Part shown: one piece after another, positions 1 through 8,502 of the stretch
Position numbering within the stretch: the first letter of the stretch is position 1
Layout: every line of letters begins with the position of its first letter
IMG/VR virus record: IMGVR_UViG_3300030430_001440
Location: 1 to 61,293 of that record
Reading direction: 5' to 3' (one strand)
Source of the DNA: a virus
Taxonomy: Duplodnaviria; Caudoviricetes
Length of the DNA stretch: 61,293 nt
Made by a program: the position numbers and the translations under genes
The notes under the pieces: model-generated
The model's input: the letters and a program-made list of their open reading frames with translations, nothing else
What the model was told of the DNA's origin: nothing
Databases searched by the model: none

Positions 1-136
1 CCAGAGGTGCAGCAAGAAAAAGCTACAAGTTTATTGGCACTATGCCAGAACAAAGTGGTTTTACACCACAAATGTATGCTTTATTACAAACAATTAGTGA
101 AGCTAAAAAGACTGAGCTAGACCCTAACAAGTTTAC
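1..136. repeat. Terminal direct repeat, left copy (contig circularisation overlap)
   Basis: Identical to 61158-61293 except T at 62 versus C (TTT/TTC, both Phe). Confidence 0.95.
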
Positions 137-260
137 TGCTCAAGACTTAGTTGCACTAGCTGTTAAAAGAGGATTCTTGTCTACATGCCAAGACCCTCTT
201 AGAATTTTCAGATTTTACAAAGATAGATTAGTAAGCGAAGGCTTCCTATCTGAAGTATAA
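1..260 (+). CDS. 3' part of the junction-spanning protein; putative DNA-binding (winged-helix-like) paralog family
   Basis: C-terminus TCQDPLRIFRFYKDRLVSEGFL matches the C-termini of ORFs 7993 and 8611. Confidence 0.8.
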   Translation, partial: RGAARKSYKFIGTMPEQSGFTPQMYALLQTISEAKKTELDPNKFTAQDLVALAVKRGFLSTCQDPLRIFRFYKDRLVSEGFLSEV

Positions 261-269
261 TTTGAAAAC

Positions 270-449
270 TGTGAGACTGTGATACCTATTAGATATTATC
301 GCAGTTTCACATGATAAGGTTAGCGGAAAAGTGGATAGCTATTAAAGTATAAATCCAGTTTGACTAGGAATTGATGTTTGTAATCTACAATAGAGGATAT
401 ATACTCTGTAGGTTAGGCTAGGTGACGTCATATGAACAACGCCTTATCA
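270..449 (+). ncRNA. Candidate structured RNA element
   Basis: 15-bp stem 270-284/297-311 with two G-U pairs; TGATAAGG 312-319 pairs with CCTTATCA 442-449. Confidence 0.35.
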
Positions 450-474
450 CTTATTATTTAAATGGGAGTAAATA

Positions 475-666
475 ATGCAAATCACAATAACTAAAGATGA
501 CGGCACAGTTATCGAAACTAATGCGATAGTTCTCGCACGTAAGCTCAACAGTAATGTAGTATCTAAAATGGAAGATCAATATATGACTGGTTGGGACGAA
601 GCTGAGTTTATAAATTGTATGATTGATACTATTGATGCTATGTATACTGAAAAGGTAATGAAATAA
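475..666 (+). CDS. Hypothetical protein
   Basis: ORF with GGGAG RBS. Confidence 0.75.
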   Translation: MQITITKDDGTVIETNAIVLARKLNSNVVSKMEDQYMTGWDEAEFINCMIDTIDAMYTEKVMK

Positions 667-672
667 CGTTGC

Positions 673-701
673 TTTACTTTCGGTTTATTGGTAAGTAAAG
701 T
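673..701 (+). promoter_or_regulatory. Early sigma70-like promoter
   Basis: TTTACT-N17-TAAAGT; motif repeated across the genome. Confidence 0.75.
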
Positions 702-733
702 ATAAGTATAACTATTTAAGAAAGGAGAAAGTT

Positions 734-1120
734 ATGAAAGCAATATTGATTGATCCGTTCGACCAATCTGTTTCAGAAGTCGATTACAACGGTGATTATA
801 AAGAAATACACAATTTATGTAATTGTAGCACATTCGACGTAGTGCAGTTGCGAGACGGCGAAAACGACATATATATAGATGACGAAGGTTTATTGAAAAC
901 TAATCGTTATTTTAAATATGTAGATGGGGATTATACACATACGCTAGCAGGTAGAGGTTTGATACTAGCCCATGACGATGAGGGTTGTAGTATTGATACT
1001 ACATTGAACTCTGCAGATGTTGCGTGTGTTGTAGAATTTTTACCAGAAGGTCATATAGAAGAGCCTATGATGAATTTCTTTATAACAAAAGACCCAAAAG
1101 ATTTAACACCATACGATTAA
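734..1120 (+). CDS. DUF3846-like protein
   Basis: MKAILIDP...IYIDDEGLL pattern; AGAAAGGAG RBS. Confidence 0.6.
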   Translation: MKAILIDPFDQSVSEVDYNGDYKEIHNLCNCSTFDVVQLRDGENDIYIDDEGLLKTNRYFKYVDGDYTHTLAGRGLILAHDDEGCSIDTTLNSADVACVVEFLPEGHIEEPMMNFFITKDPKDLTPYD

Positions 1121-1129
1121 GGAGGAATT

Positions 1130-1609
1130 ATGCCAAATCATTGTTTTAATAAAGTAGAAATACATTGTAAGTCGAAAGAACAGGCTAAAGAAATTGCAGA
1201 ATTTTTAGAGTCTGAAGAAACTTGTTTCGATTTAAATAATATTGTTCCAGCACCTAATTGGTTAATAACACCTTTGACAGATAAGAAACTAGGTGAAGTT
1301 GGTGAACTACCTGTAGAAGATGATAGTTTTCCTGAAGAACTAGGTGTTTCTTACATATTTGCCAGCACTGGTAAACAAGACGATAGGTGGTATGACTGGA
1401 ATATCGAAAACTGGGGGACTAAGTGGAATACTTATGACGCTGAGATACTCGATATCAATGAGTCGATAGAATACACTTTTAATACCGCATGGGCTCCACC
1501 AGAAATGGCGATTGCTGCTTTACGTGAGATATATAAAGAAGAACGTGATGGTGTCACTATTACTGCGTTTTATGACGAGCCTGGAGTGCAAATGGCAGGG
1601 TATTACTAG
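1130..1609 (+). CDS. DUF1281/YubB-like ferredoxin-like domain protein
   Basis: MPNHC.N, WYDWNIENWGTKWN and FNTAWAPP motifs. Confidence 0.75.
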   Translation: MPNHCFNKVEIHCKSKEQAKEIAEFLESEETCFDLNNIVPAPNWLITPLTDKKLGEVGELPVEDDSFPEELGVSYIFASTGKQDDRWYDWNIENWGTKWNTYDAEILDINESIEYTFNTAWAPPEMAIAALREIYKEERDGVTITAFYDEPGVQMAGYY

Positions 1610-1612
1610 TGC

Positions 1613-1641
1613 TTTACTTTGGCGTTTATGGTAAGTAAACT
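1613..1641 (+). promoter_or_regulatory. Early promoter
   Basis: TTTACT-N17-TAAACT. Confidence 0.75.
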
Positions 1642-1654
1642 ATATAGTAAGTTT

Positions 1655-1783
1655 TAGTTGTGGTTATCTGTATTCATAATTGCCACGACTACAACAGAGT
1701 GCGTGGTCAGTCTCTTAAATGAGCATGGGTAGTAGCAGTTGTGTCGACACAAACCACGAAAAAATCCTACGTGGCACGCACTC
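1655..1783 (+). ncRNA. Candidate structured RNA (hairpin plus multi-arm junction)
   Basis: Stems 1655-63/1683-91, 1697-1705/1775-83 and 1754-58/1770-74; palindrome 1739-52; lies directly downstream of a promoter. Confidence 0.45.
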
Positions 1784-1818
1784 GACTTTAGAAAGAAGAA
1801 TTTTTTAGGAGAAATGTT

Positions 1819-2016
1819 ATGGATAATTTTAGAGCGATTATATGTGAGATGGATTACGATGAACTTGTAAACCTACGCAAATGGGCTAAACAACAATGTG
1901 GTAGCACGAGTTATGAAGGTAGCCAACATTGTAAAACTTTAGTAGAAGCTATTGATAGTAACCCGATATATATTAAATATCAGCGTATACAGGAGAATGA
2001 AAACTCATGGGCTTAG
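1819..2016 (+). CDS. Hypothetical protein
   Basis: ORF with AGGAG RBS. Confidence 0.7.
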   Translation: MDNFRAIICEMDYDELVNLRKWAKQQCGSTSYEGSQHCKTLVEAIDSNPIYIKYQRIQENENSWA

Positions 2017-2306
2017 AGGAAATTAAAGAACAAACACTACGGCATATCAGTAGTTTAACACGCTATTTAGATATGTCTGATGATGATAGGCTAATAGCCT
2101 ATGATTGGGTTTATACAGTATTGTGGGATTACCACAGGATACATGGACCTTACGAATATTTGTCGATAGGGGATGTAAGCCACTTTTTTGACATCTGGTA
2201 TGACGACTACTATGGGGATGTAGACGAAGATAACAGATGTCTTTGTGGCTTACCATTAGACGCTAACGGCAGAAACTGTTATGAACATATGACAAGGGGG
2301 TGTTGA
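2007..2306 (+). CDS. Hypothetical protein with C-terminal Cys/His cluster
   Basis: AGGAG RBS; CLCG...CYEHM. Confidence 0.7.
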   Translation: MGLEEIKEQTLRHISSLTRYLDMSDDDRLIAYDWVYTVLWDYHRIHGPYEYLSIGDVSHFFDIWYDDYYGDVDEDNRCLCGLPLDANGRNCYEHMTRGC

Positions 2307-2554
2307 TGAAAGCAGAAATAGCATCGTATAAAAAACTAGATCATTTAGAATTAAGTATTAGTATTGAACTAGAAGATGTTCAAACAATACTACCAGAGTT
2401 AGATTTATGGAGTTGCGAACACGTAATAGCTATGGTTGCAAGAAACCATAAGGAGATATTATATGCAGGAATGTTACAAACAATCGAAAAATATGGAAAA
2501 GAACTGTTCCCACGAACAGAAGTCAATTCCCAAACACCTGAGATATCTGAGTAA
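2306..2554 (+). CDS. Hypothetical protein
   Basis: TGATG overlap with previous gene. Confidence 0.65.
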   Translation: MKAEIASYKKLDHLELSISIELEDVQTILPELDLWSCEHVIAMVARNHKEILYAGMLQTIEKYGKELFPRTEVNSQTPEISE

Positions 2555-2607
2555 AGAAAAACTTAATATTTTAGCAAAATTATTTACACCGAGATTTTGA
2601 GGAAAAA

Positions 2608-2997
2608 ATGAAAAATTATGATGAAAAAGACGAAATAGGTTATTTAGATGATAATAGTGGTTATCACTGGCACGGTGGTAAATGGAACTATAGACGAGTA
2701 GAACTATGGGCTGAAGAACGTGGTTTATTAGGAGAGTCTAACTTAGCTTCGATACTAACGCCCAAACCTTCTAACGCTCAAACCTTGAAGCTAATGGAAG
2801 AAGTAGGCGAACTAGCTCACGCTGTTGCCTATCGTGACGAACAAGGATTAAAAGATAGTATAGGTGATTGTGCCGTAGTATTGATTATACTAGCAGCACA
2901 AAACGGCATGAAGTTTGAAGATTGTCTCAACTATGCTTGGGATGAAATAAAAAACCGTCAAGGTAAATTGGAGGATGGATTATTTAAGAAAGATTGA
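2608..2997 (+). CDS. MazG-like nucleotide pyrophosphohydrolase
   Basis: KLMEEVGEL...DSIGD...AWDEIKNRQG acidic EExxE..DxxD motif. Confidence 0.8.
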   Translation: MKNYDEKDEIGYLDDNSGYHWHGGKWNYRRVELWAEERGLLGESNLASILTPKPSNAQTLKLMEEVGELAHAVAYRDEQGLKDSIGDCAVVLIILAAQNGMKFEDCLNYAWDEIKNRQGKLEDGLFKKD

Positions 2998-3000
2998 ACA

Positions 3001-3290
3001 TTATATGCTACCTACAAAGCAGAGGGATAAGCTCCTCAAATAAGGGTAGGCTAAGATACTAGTTTAAAATACGATGCGTGGCGAGAACTAGATGGCATAT
3101 AAGATAGGTGGTTGGATTGGTAGTATACGACAAGCAGTCCCTGAGGAGCCAACTGCACAACCACCGAACTTTTTTGGGAAAGTAGGTTTCCTCGGGGAGA
3201 AAAAAACTCCCTCATTCATTTTATACCTACTTTTCCTGTGGGCTGTAGTTCCTCCTAACTGTGAAGTTATCATAACAACTACAGTCCACA
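3001..3290 (+). ncRNA. Candidate ~290-nt structured ncRNA (four consecutive stem domains)
   Basis: Stems 3001-10/3093-3102, 3107-14/3158-65, 3177-87/3225-36 and 3237-50/3277-90. Confidence 0.5.
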
Positions 3291-3296
3291 CCTTGT

Positions 3297-3325
3297 TTTA
3301 CTTTGGGGGTAATGGTAAGTAAACT
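3297..3325 (+). promoter_or_regulatory. Early promoter
   Basis: TTTACT-N17-TAAACT. Confidence 0.75.
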
Positions 3326-3355
3326 AGTTATAGTGGTATTTTAGAAAGGAGACTT

Positions 3356-3574
3356 ATGGAAAGATTATACGAAATTAAAGTAAAAGTGACAGAAACTCAT
3401 CGTATTTACAAAAGAGCAAATTGTTATAAAGAAGCTCAACACGCAATAGAAGACAGTTTACATGCACAAGAAGAGGGACGTGATGTACAGGTTGTCTATG
3501 TAAGAGATGTAAGAGCAGATAAAAGAATGCTAGTAGGTGATACTAAAAGTTATCGGCATTTAGACAAAGTATGA
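3356..3574 (+). CDS. Hypothetical protein
   Basis: AGAAAGGAG RBS. Confidence 0.75.
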   Translation: MERLYEIKVKVTETHRIYKRANCYKEAQHAIEDSLHAQEEGRDVQVVYVRDVRADKRMLVGDTKSYRHLDKV

Positions 3575-3774
3575 GTAAAGATATTACACAATTAGAAGAC
3601 GTCAGGTGTTGTATTTGTAGCAAATATATTGAGCCACTAAAAAACGCTAAAGGCGATATAGTTTGGAAATACGGTCATAACGCCGACCCTGTAAAAGAGG
3701 GCAGGTGTTGCGATCAATGTAACTTTGAAGCCGTGCTACCCGCACGGATGGAACAATTAATAGGAGGAAGATAA
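3571..3774 (+). CDS. Small Cys-rich (zinc-binding) protein
   Basis: CCIC...GHNADP...RCCDQCN. Confidence 0.75.
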   Translation: MSKDITQLEDVRCCICSKYIEPLKNAKGDIVWKYGHNADPVKEGRCCDQCNFEAVLPARMEQLIGGR

Positions 3775-3975
3775 ATGGTTACAGGTATTGAGGTGCATAT
3801 GTTTATTTTAATTTGCAGACTGCAAATTGATAAGCATAGATATCATTATAAACATAATTGGGATTATTACTACGAAAATGATCTTGGTTCTGAAATTTGT
3901 AAATTAGAGAGACAAATATCCGCTCATGTTAAAGCGTATATGAATTGTCTGCCAGTTTTTAAACAGGAGGATTAA
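3775..3975 (+). CDS. Hypothetical protein
   Basis: GGAGG RBS; abuts neighbours. Confidence 0.6.
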   Translation: MVTGIEVHMFILICRLQIDKHRYHYKHNWDYYYENDLGSEICKLERQISAHVKAYMNCLPVFKQED

Positions 3976-4428
3976 ATGGGATTAGATTGTTATATGGTAC
4001 ACGCTAGTGACCAAAAGAAAGCTTTTACAAGCGAAGATGATCAGCGTCTAGCAGATATACAACTATGTGCTGGTTTATTCAGTGGCGACGGTAGCGACGG
4101 TTCGTTTAGAGGAAAATACTACGAGCCACTAATTGATCATTTATGCGGTGGCGAATATGTTTGGCATAAAGAAAGTAAAGACCCTACTATTATGCCAATA
4201 GTTAGGAACGATGAACTTGCTGATCAAGCTAAAGGGCTACGTGATCTACTAGAAGCTTCGCAAGAAGTTGCTGAACAAAACGAGGAGATTCTACAAGACG
4301 ATACTATTATTATACAAGTTGAACAACGAGGTTCAATTATTGAATATACCTATAAAGAAGTGCGTGATCTAGAAATATTACTTCGTGCTACTGTCGAAGG
4401 CGGTGGCGTTATGCAAGTATGGTGGTAG
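3976..4428 (+). CDS. Hypothetical phage protein (MGLD-start type)
   Basis: MGLD N-terminus and WW C-terminus; GGAGG RBS. Confidence 0.75.
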   Translation: MGLDCYMVHASDQKKAFTSEDDQRLADIQLCAGLFSGDGSDGSFRGKYYEPLIDHLCGGEYVWHKESKDPTIMPIVRNDELADQAKGLRDLLEASQEVAEQNEEILQDDTIIIQVEQRGSIIEYTYKEVRDLEILLRATVEGGGVMQVWW

Positions 4429-4431
4429 TAG

Positions 4432-4460
4432 TTTACTTTCGTTATAATGGTTTATATACT
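4432..4460 (+). promoter_or_regulatory. Early promoter
   Basis: TTTACT-N17-TATACT. Confidence 0.8.
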
Positions 4461-4502
4461 ATATATAGGTAGTAATTAACGACAAAAAGAAAGGAGAAAG
4501 TT

Positions 4503-4703
4503 ATGCGATGTTCTTATTGCAAAGACCCAGACTGTGTAGTTCCTGAGCCACGTGCTCGATTAGGTTATACTACATGTATTGATTGCGGCGAGCGAGTCGC
4601 TGCCGACCTTGCGGAGAGACGCAAAAAACAGATTGCACCAGCTTATAACAAAGGTGCATATCAGTATATTACAATTAACGATACTAAGACTATTGGGAGG
4701 TAG
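4503..4703 (+). CDS. C4 zinc-finger protein (DksA/TraR-like finger)
   Basis: CSYC...RARLGYTTCIDC. Confidence 0.55.
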   Translation: MRCSYCKDPDCVVPEPRARLGYTTCIDCGERVAADLAERRKKQIAPAYNKGAYQYITINDTKTIGR

Positions 4704-4705
4704 TT

Positions 4706-4885
4706 ATGAGTGATAAAACTTTGTGTTGCTCAGTTTGTAAGCGTGATAATATTACTTGGCGAGTATGGGCTGATGAATTTGATAATGTCAAAAATAGTTG
4801 CGATGAAAAATATTGCTACTGTGACGATTGTGAAGAAGAAACTAAGCCTATGTTTAAAGAAGCACTAATTAAGAGGATTAGCTAA
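4706..4885 (+). CDS. 59-aa Cys-rich protein (not in ORF track)
   Basis: MSDKTLCCSVC...CYCDDCEEE; GGAGG RBS; TAATG overlap with next gene. Confidence 0.7.
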   Translation: MSDKTLCCSVCKRDNITWRVWADEFDNVKNSCDEKYCYCDDCEEETKPMFKEALIKRIS

Positions 4886-5076
4886 TGAATAGTTATACAG
4901 CAGTAGGTATTGCGGAAGGCTTCATTGAGCCGACTGATGAAGATCAAGTTTTACAAGCGTGGCAATATTTAGTTGATACGGGCTTGGCTTGGCGACTACA
5001 AGGAAGCTTCGGAAGAATCGCAACGGATTTAATAGAAAGAGGTTTGATAAACAAAAAGGTGAATAATGAAAAGTAA
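4885..5076 (+). CDS. Hypothetical phage protein
   Basis: AWQYLVDTGLAWRLQGSFGR motif, of a kind common in phage early genes. Confidence 0.75.
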   Translation: MNSYTAVGIAEGFIEPTDEDQVLQAWQYLVDTGLAWRLQGSFGRIATDLIERGLINKKVNNEK

Positions 5077-5347
5077 TAAAGATTATCAACCTACGCTAGA
5101 GTGTGATACTTGTGGCTATACGCTGTTTGGTGATATGCCACAAATAGTTAGAACTTGTAATGATTGTATACAAGAAAAAGAAATGTTTGAAAACATGAAT
5201 ACTAAAGAACGATTAGAAGAAGTTGTTATGTGGGTTATAGAAGATTTATGGGAAGAACTGTCTCAAAGAAGTAAGTTAAGAGTTATAAGACAATTAAAAT
5301 TTATGGGTTATCCTGTTGAAGATTTAGAGGAGGTAAATGATGAATGA
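5066..5347 (+). CDS. Hypothetical protein with zinc ribbon
   Basis: CDTC...CNDC. Confidence 0.7.
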   Translation: MKSNKDYQPTLECDTCGYTLFGDMPQIVRTCNDCIQEKEMFENMNTKERLEEVVMWVIEDLWEELSQRSKLRVIRQLKFMGYPVEDLEEVNDE

Positions 5348-5477
5348 ATGTAAAGGTAGACGCATTAGTATCGGCGACTGTTATTTAGTTAACGATATTA
5401 AAATTAATAAAGACGGAGTTCTTGAAAGCTGGGTTTATTGCGAATATTGCGGTAGGCGAGAGTCTAAGATATCTTAA
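5340..5477 (+). CDS. 45-aa Cys-containing protein (not in ORF track)
   Basis: GAGGAGG RBS; MNECKG...YCEYCGRR. Confidence 0.55.
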   Translation: MNECKGRRISIGDCYLVNDIKINKDGVLESWVYCEYCGRRESKIS

Positions 5478-5495
5478 AATGGCTTGCCCCCTTGC

Positions 5496-5524
5496 TTTAT
5501 AATGGTTTAAATGGTAGTTATACT
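5496..5524 (+). promoter_or_regulatory. Early promoter
   Basis: TTTATA-N17-TATACT. Confidence 0.65.
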
Positions 5525-5566
5525 TATATAGTAAAAAAATAATTATTCGAAAGAAAGGAGAAAGTT

Positions 5567-5890
5567 ATGGAGAATAATATATACGATAGGTTTGATCATG
5601 TCAACGCTCCGAGCGAGCCGTTGACAGATTTTGTTTTTATGAAATATTACCCTAAGCGATTGTCGGAAGTATTGAACGGTGGCACTCCTATATGTATGGA
5701 GTTTTATTACCAAGACGGCAATACTTGGATGAAGATAAACGGCAACGACGGAAAGTTTGCAGTTTATCAATATATGATTGCTAGAGGAGAACTACCGAAG
5801 TTTATGTGTGAAGAAATGTATGCACATTGTGTAGCCGTCGATAGACTTTGGGTGGAAGATATGGCGGATAAGTTTGAGGAGAAGTCATGA
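5567..5890 (+). CDS. Hypothetical protein
   Basis: AGAAAGGAG RBS. Confidence 0.75.
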   Translation: MENNIYDRFDHVNAPSEPLTDFVFMKYYPKRLSEVLNGGTPICMEFYYQDGNTWMKINGNDGKFAVYQYMIARGELPKFMCEEMYAHCVAVDRLWVEDMADKFEEKS

Positions 5891-6132
5891 GTAATTGTGA
5901 AGAAAAATGGAAAGACCTGAAAAACGGTGGGGAAATATTCGAGGGAGACGATGCTTCTGATTTTCCCGAAGCACCGTTAGGTGATGAGATAGGTAGATAC
6001 GAAAGTGACAAAGAATTTATAGTCACTCATATCACCGAAGACGATAACTATACTTATATCACTCATAGATTCCCTGGAGGTGGGGGTGATACAGGGATAG
6101 TAATTAGATTGGAGAAGATGTTATGTGGATAA
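5887..6132 (+). CDS. Hypothetical acidic protein
   Basis: ATGA overlap; GAGGAG RBS. Confidence 0.7.
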   Translation: MSNCEEKWKDLKNGGEIFEGDDASDFPEAPLGDEIGRYESDKEFIVTHITEDDNYTYITHRFPGGGGDTGIVIRLEKMLCG

Positions 6133-6416
6133 GTATTAACTCACAGGTAGACTACGGTGAGGGAAATAATTGGGCTAGTCAACTCTATGTAGGTAGTCCG
6201 AAAGAAGGTAATCCACCGAAAGAACTGCGAGGTGATGACGGCTATATTAATTACGATATATGTAATGAACTACTCAACTCTGTAGAAGGTGTGAGTTTAT
6301 ATACTTGTTCATTAAATGGATGGAAGTATATTATTAACGAGATATGGGCAGGTGATTATCCTGGTCATTATATAGTTTATAGACACGAAGAAAAATGTAG
6401 TCCAGGAAGAACATAG
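6123..6416 (+). CDS. Hypothetical protein
   Basis: Overlapping ORF with GGAG RBS. Confidence 0.65.
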   Translation: MWISINSQVDYGEGNNWASQLYVGSPKEGNPPKELRGDDGYINYDICNELLNSVEGVSLYTCSLNGWKYIINEIWAGDYPGHYIVYRHEEKCSPGRT

Positions 6417-6499
6417 TCATGGTCAGTAACTAGGATAACAAGGAGATGCGACTAGTCTAAGTAACGAAGAGTGCAAGAAAAAGCTGACCGCCTCCAACG

Positions 6500-6525
6500 A
6501 CCCTCGCCTAGTGCGGGGGTTTTTT
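6500..6525 (+). terminator. Rho-independent terminator
   Basis: ACCCTCGC-loop-GCGGGGGT followed by a T run. Confidence 0.75.
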
Positions 6526-6549
6526 ACGTTCGATATACTCTAAGCTTGC

Positions 6550-6581
6550 TTTACTTTCGCTTGTAAAATCTAAGGTATAAT
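6550..6581 (+). promoter_or_regulatory. Early promoter-like motif with atypical spacing
   Basis: GCTTTACTTT copy; TATAAT lies 20 bp downstream rather than 17. Confidence 0.45.
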
Positions 6582-6632
6582 ATAAGGGTAAAAAATTACT
6601 TTTACGATTTTATTTAGAAAGGAGAAATTATT

Positions 6633-7010
6633 ATGAACGATAAAATATACGAAAATATACAGCGAGAGTTGGATAAAAACCGAGTGGACGAGTGGCATTC
6701 GGTGATACCTTTGTCGGAAGACGGAGCGTGTTTGTTAGACGAGCTTGATGAAATTACCGAGCCAAATGTATTGAGTGGAGAAAACGGTTTATTCTTACAC
6801 GAGAACGAGCAAGGAAATATCGAGCCTAAGAACGCTTACACTAGTAGAGCGACTACTGGAGTAATGGAAGATAACGATTATATATACTTTATAATTACTG
6901 TAGAGTCGGGCGACCCAAATGCAGGGAGATTGGCTCAGATAACAAGACACGATAAGCAAAAACATATAGTGACTCGTGAAGAATGGGAAAATAGTTACAC
7001 TTGTGGATAG
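6633..7010 (+). CDS. Hypothetical protein
   Basis: AGAAAGGAG RBS. Confidence 0.75.
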   Translation: MNDKIYENIQRELDKNRVDEWHSVIPLSEDGACLLDELDEITEPNVLSGENGLFLHENEQGNIEPKNAYTSRATTGVMEDNDYIYFIITVESGDPNAGRLAQITRHDKQKHIVTREEWENSYTCG

Positions 7011-7032
7011 AAAATAAGATTATCTACTAAAT

Positions 7033-7068
7033 ACCCTCGTGTCGTTGTCTACGGCTCGGGGGTTTTTT
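7033..7068 (+). terminator. Rho-independent terminator
   Basis: ACCCTCG...CGGGGGT stem followed by a T run. Confidence 0.7.
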
Positions 7069-7084
7069 ATTATTGAATGTATCG

Positions 7085-7164
7085 TATTAGTGTTTTTAAA
7101 AATAAAAAATTTTAATGAAAGAAATTTACAAAACTACTAATATCTCTAATATAGTAATAGAATC
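7085..7164. repeat. AT-rich element, copy 1 (inverted homolog of 47083-47168)
   Basis: Ungapped ~70-nt alignment with three TAATA units. Confidence 0.55.
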
Positions 7165-7333
7165 GTTCTGAAAGTCTCTTTGCTACTGTGTTTCTTTAGT
7201 TTACGAAAGTAATAGATTTGCTATTAGTTATTACAAACTAGTGGTAAGATACCTAGAGGGCACGAGAAAAGTAATTTAGAAATTATCTTTTTCAATAATA
7301 TTGTAATATCATTTGTTACAGCGAGGTATTACA

Positions 7334-7861
7334 ATGAAAAAACTTACTTATACCAATTTAGTGCCAACCGAAGACGGTAAAGCTTTCGTAGATCAGAACG
7401 GTAAGATATGGCAACCACTCAACTCAAAACAAAAAAGATTCTGTAAAGAGTATATTAAAGGACAAACAGCTACTGAATCAGCTATTAAAGCAGGCTATAC
7501 AAAGGATAGAAAGGGTGCTAAGACGCAAGGCAGCGTATTACTCAATCATAACCCAGTCGTGCGAAACTACCTCATAGACTTGGAAATCGCAGCCTCAGAG
7601 AAGGAAGCAGTTTCCCTAGAGAATCACCTGTCCACTCTACACGACCTGCGAGAAGAAGCCAAGGACCAAGGACAGATATCCGCTGCCATAACCGCCGAAG
7701 TACATCGAGGCAAGGCTGGTGGACTCTACATCGACAGGAGAGAGATATTGACTGCAAAAATCGACCTGATGTCTAAAGACGACATACTCACTCGGCTCAA
7801 AGAATTGATTGCAAAAAAGACCGACAATGTTGTCGAAGGCGAGTTCACCAAGAAACACTGA
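7334..7861 (+). CDS. terS: Terminase small subunit
   Basis: LNSKQKRFCKEY...ATESAIKAGY helix-turn-helix signature; start moved to ATG 7334 after GAGG. Confidence 0.85.
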   Translation: MKKLTYTNLVPTEDGKAFVDQNGKIWQPLNSKQKRFCKEYIKGQTATESAIKAGYTKDRKGAKTQGSVLLNHNPVVRNYLIDLEIAASEKEAVSLENHLSTLHDLREEAKDQGQISAAITAEVHRGKAGGLYIDRREILTAKIDLMSKDDILTRLKELIAKKTDNVVEGEFTKKH

Positions 7862-7904
7862 GCGACGGAGCGATTGAGCGACTTTCGCACCTATCTTTTA
7901 GTGC

Positions 7905-7933
7905 TTTACTTTGGTACCAATCTCAGGCATAAT
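7905..7933 (+). promoter_or_regulatory. Early promoter
   Basis: TTTACT-N17-CATAAT. Confidence 0.7.
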
Positions 7934-7992
7934 TACTTTGTTATTTAGGCGGTTATAGGTTTAACCTCCGATTATCTAGAAAGGAGAAAGTT

Positions 7993-8292
7993 ATGTCAAA
8001 GATAGATAAAAACTTCACCGCAGCGACTCAAAAGGGTTCTGCTAATTTTAACGCAGTTGTTACATTAGTAGCGACGCCTTCGGGTAAATTCCCAGCACAA
8101 GCAGGGAAAATTATCGAGGCTCTGCTTGCCGCTAAAGACTATTCGCTGACCGTTGGCGAGTTAGTTGGTAAAGATGGTTCGACTGAGTCTGCCCTCGAAA
8201 AAGCGGGATTGGTTACAGTCCAAACACCGATGGACATCTGGTCTCACTACAAAGCCAGACTCGTTAAAGAGGGTTTGATAACAATTAGCTAA
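7993..8292 (+). CDS. Paralog-family protein (putative DNA-binding)
   Basis: C-terminus TVQTPMDIWSHYKARLVKEGLITIS; own promoter and terminator. Confidence 0.8.
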   Translation: MSKIDKNFTAATQKGSANFNAVVTLVATPSGKFPAQAGKIIEALLAAKDYSLTVGELVGKDGSTESALEKAGLVTVQTPMDIWSHYKARLVKEGLITIS

Positions 8293-8307
8293 CTGCTGAC
8301 TGTTTCC

Positions 8308-8335
8308 AAAAGGGCGGCTTCGGTCGCCCTTTTTT
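8308..8335 (+). terminator. Rho-independent terminator
   Basis: AGGGCGGC-TTCG-GTCGCCCT followed by a T run. Confidence 0.9.
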
Positions 8336-8337
8336 GT

Positions 8338-8470
8338 GCTCTACTCTAGTCTATCGCTCTAGTCTATCCGTCGCTCGCTCGCTCGCTCCGCCTCCTCTAC
8401 CTCTACCTTCTACTCTATCGCTCTATCGCTCTATCGCTCTATCGTTGTGTTTTCGTTCGTTCGTTCGCTC
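8338..8470. repeat. Pyrimidine-rich microsatellite-like tract
   Basis: Runs of TCGC, CTCTATCG, CTCTAC and TTCG repeats. Confidence 0.85.
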
Positions 8471-8502
8471 CAGGAAGCCAGGAAATTGAAATTGTTGAGA
8501 TA

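Noticed and set aside
1-136. 136-bp repeat as a biological terminal repeat
   Set aside because: It falls mid-gene with the frame continuing across the join, as expected for an assembly overlap; better terminus signals lie at 8.3-9.2 kb
1697-1783. Canonical tRNA
   Set aside because: No TTCGA T-loop, no clear 7-nt anticodon loop and no CCA; no tRNA was recognised anywhere in the window
3141-3185. CTGAGGA as a hammerhead ribozyme core
   Set aside because: No stem II followed by GAAA in the right register and no matching cleavage triplet
3092-3322. ORFs 3092..3322 (+) and 3088..3291 (-)
   Set aside because: No RBS, they overlap a promoter or stems, and the region is better explained by RNA structure
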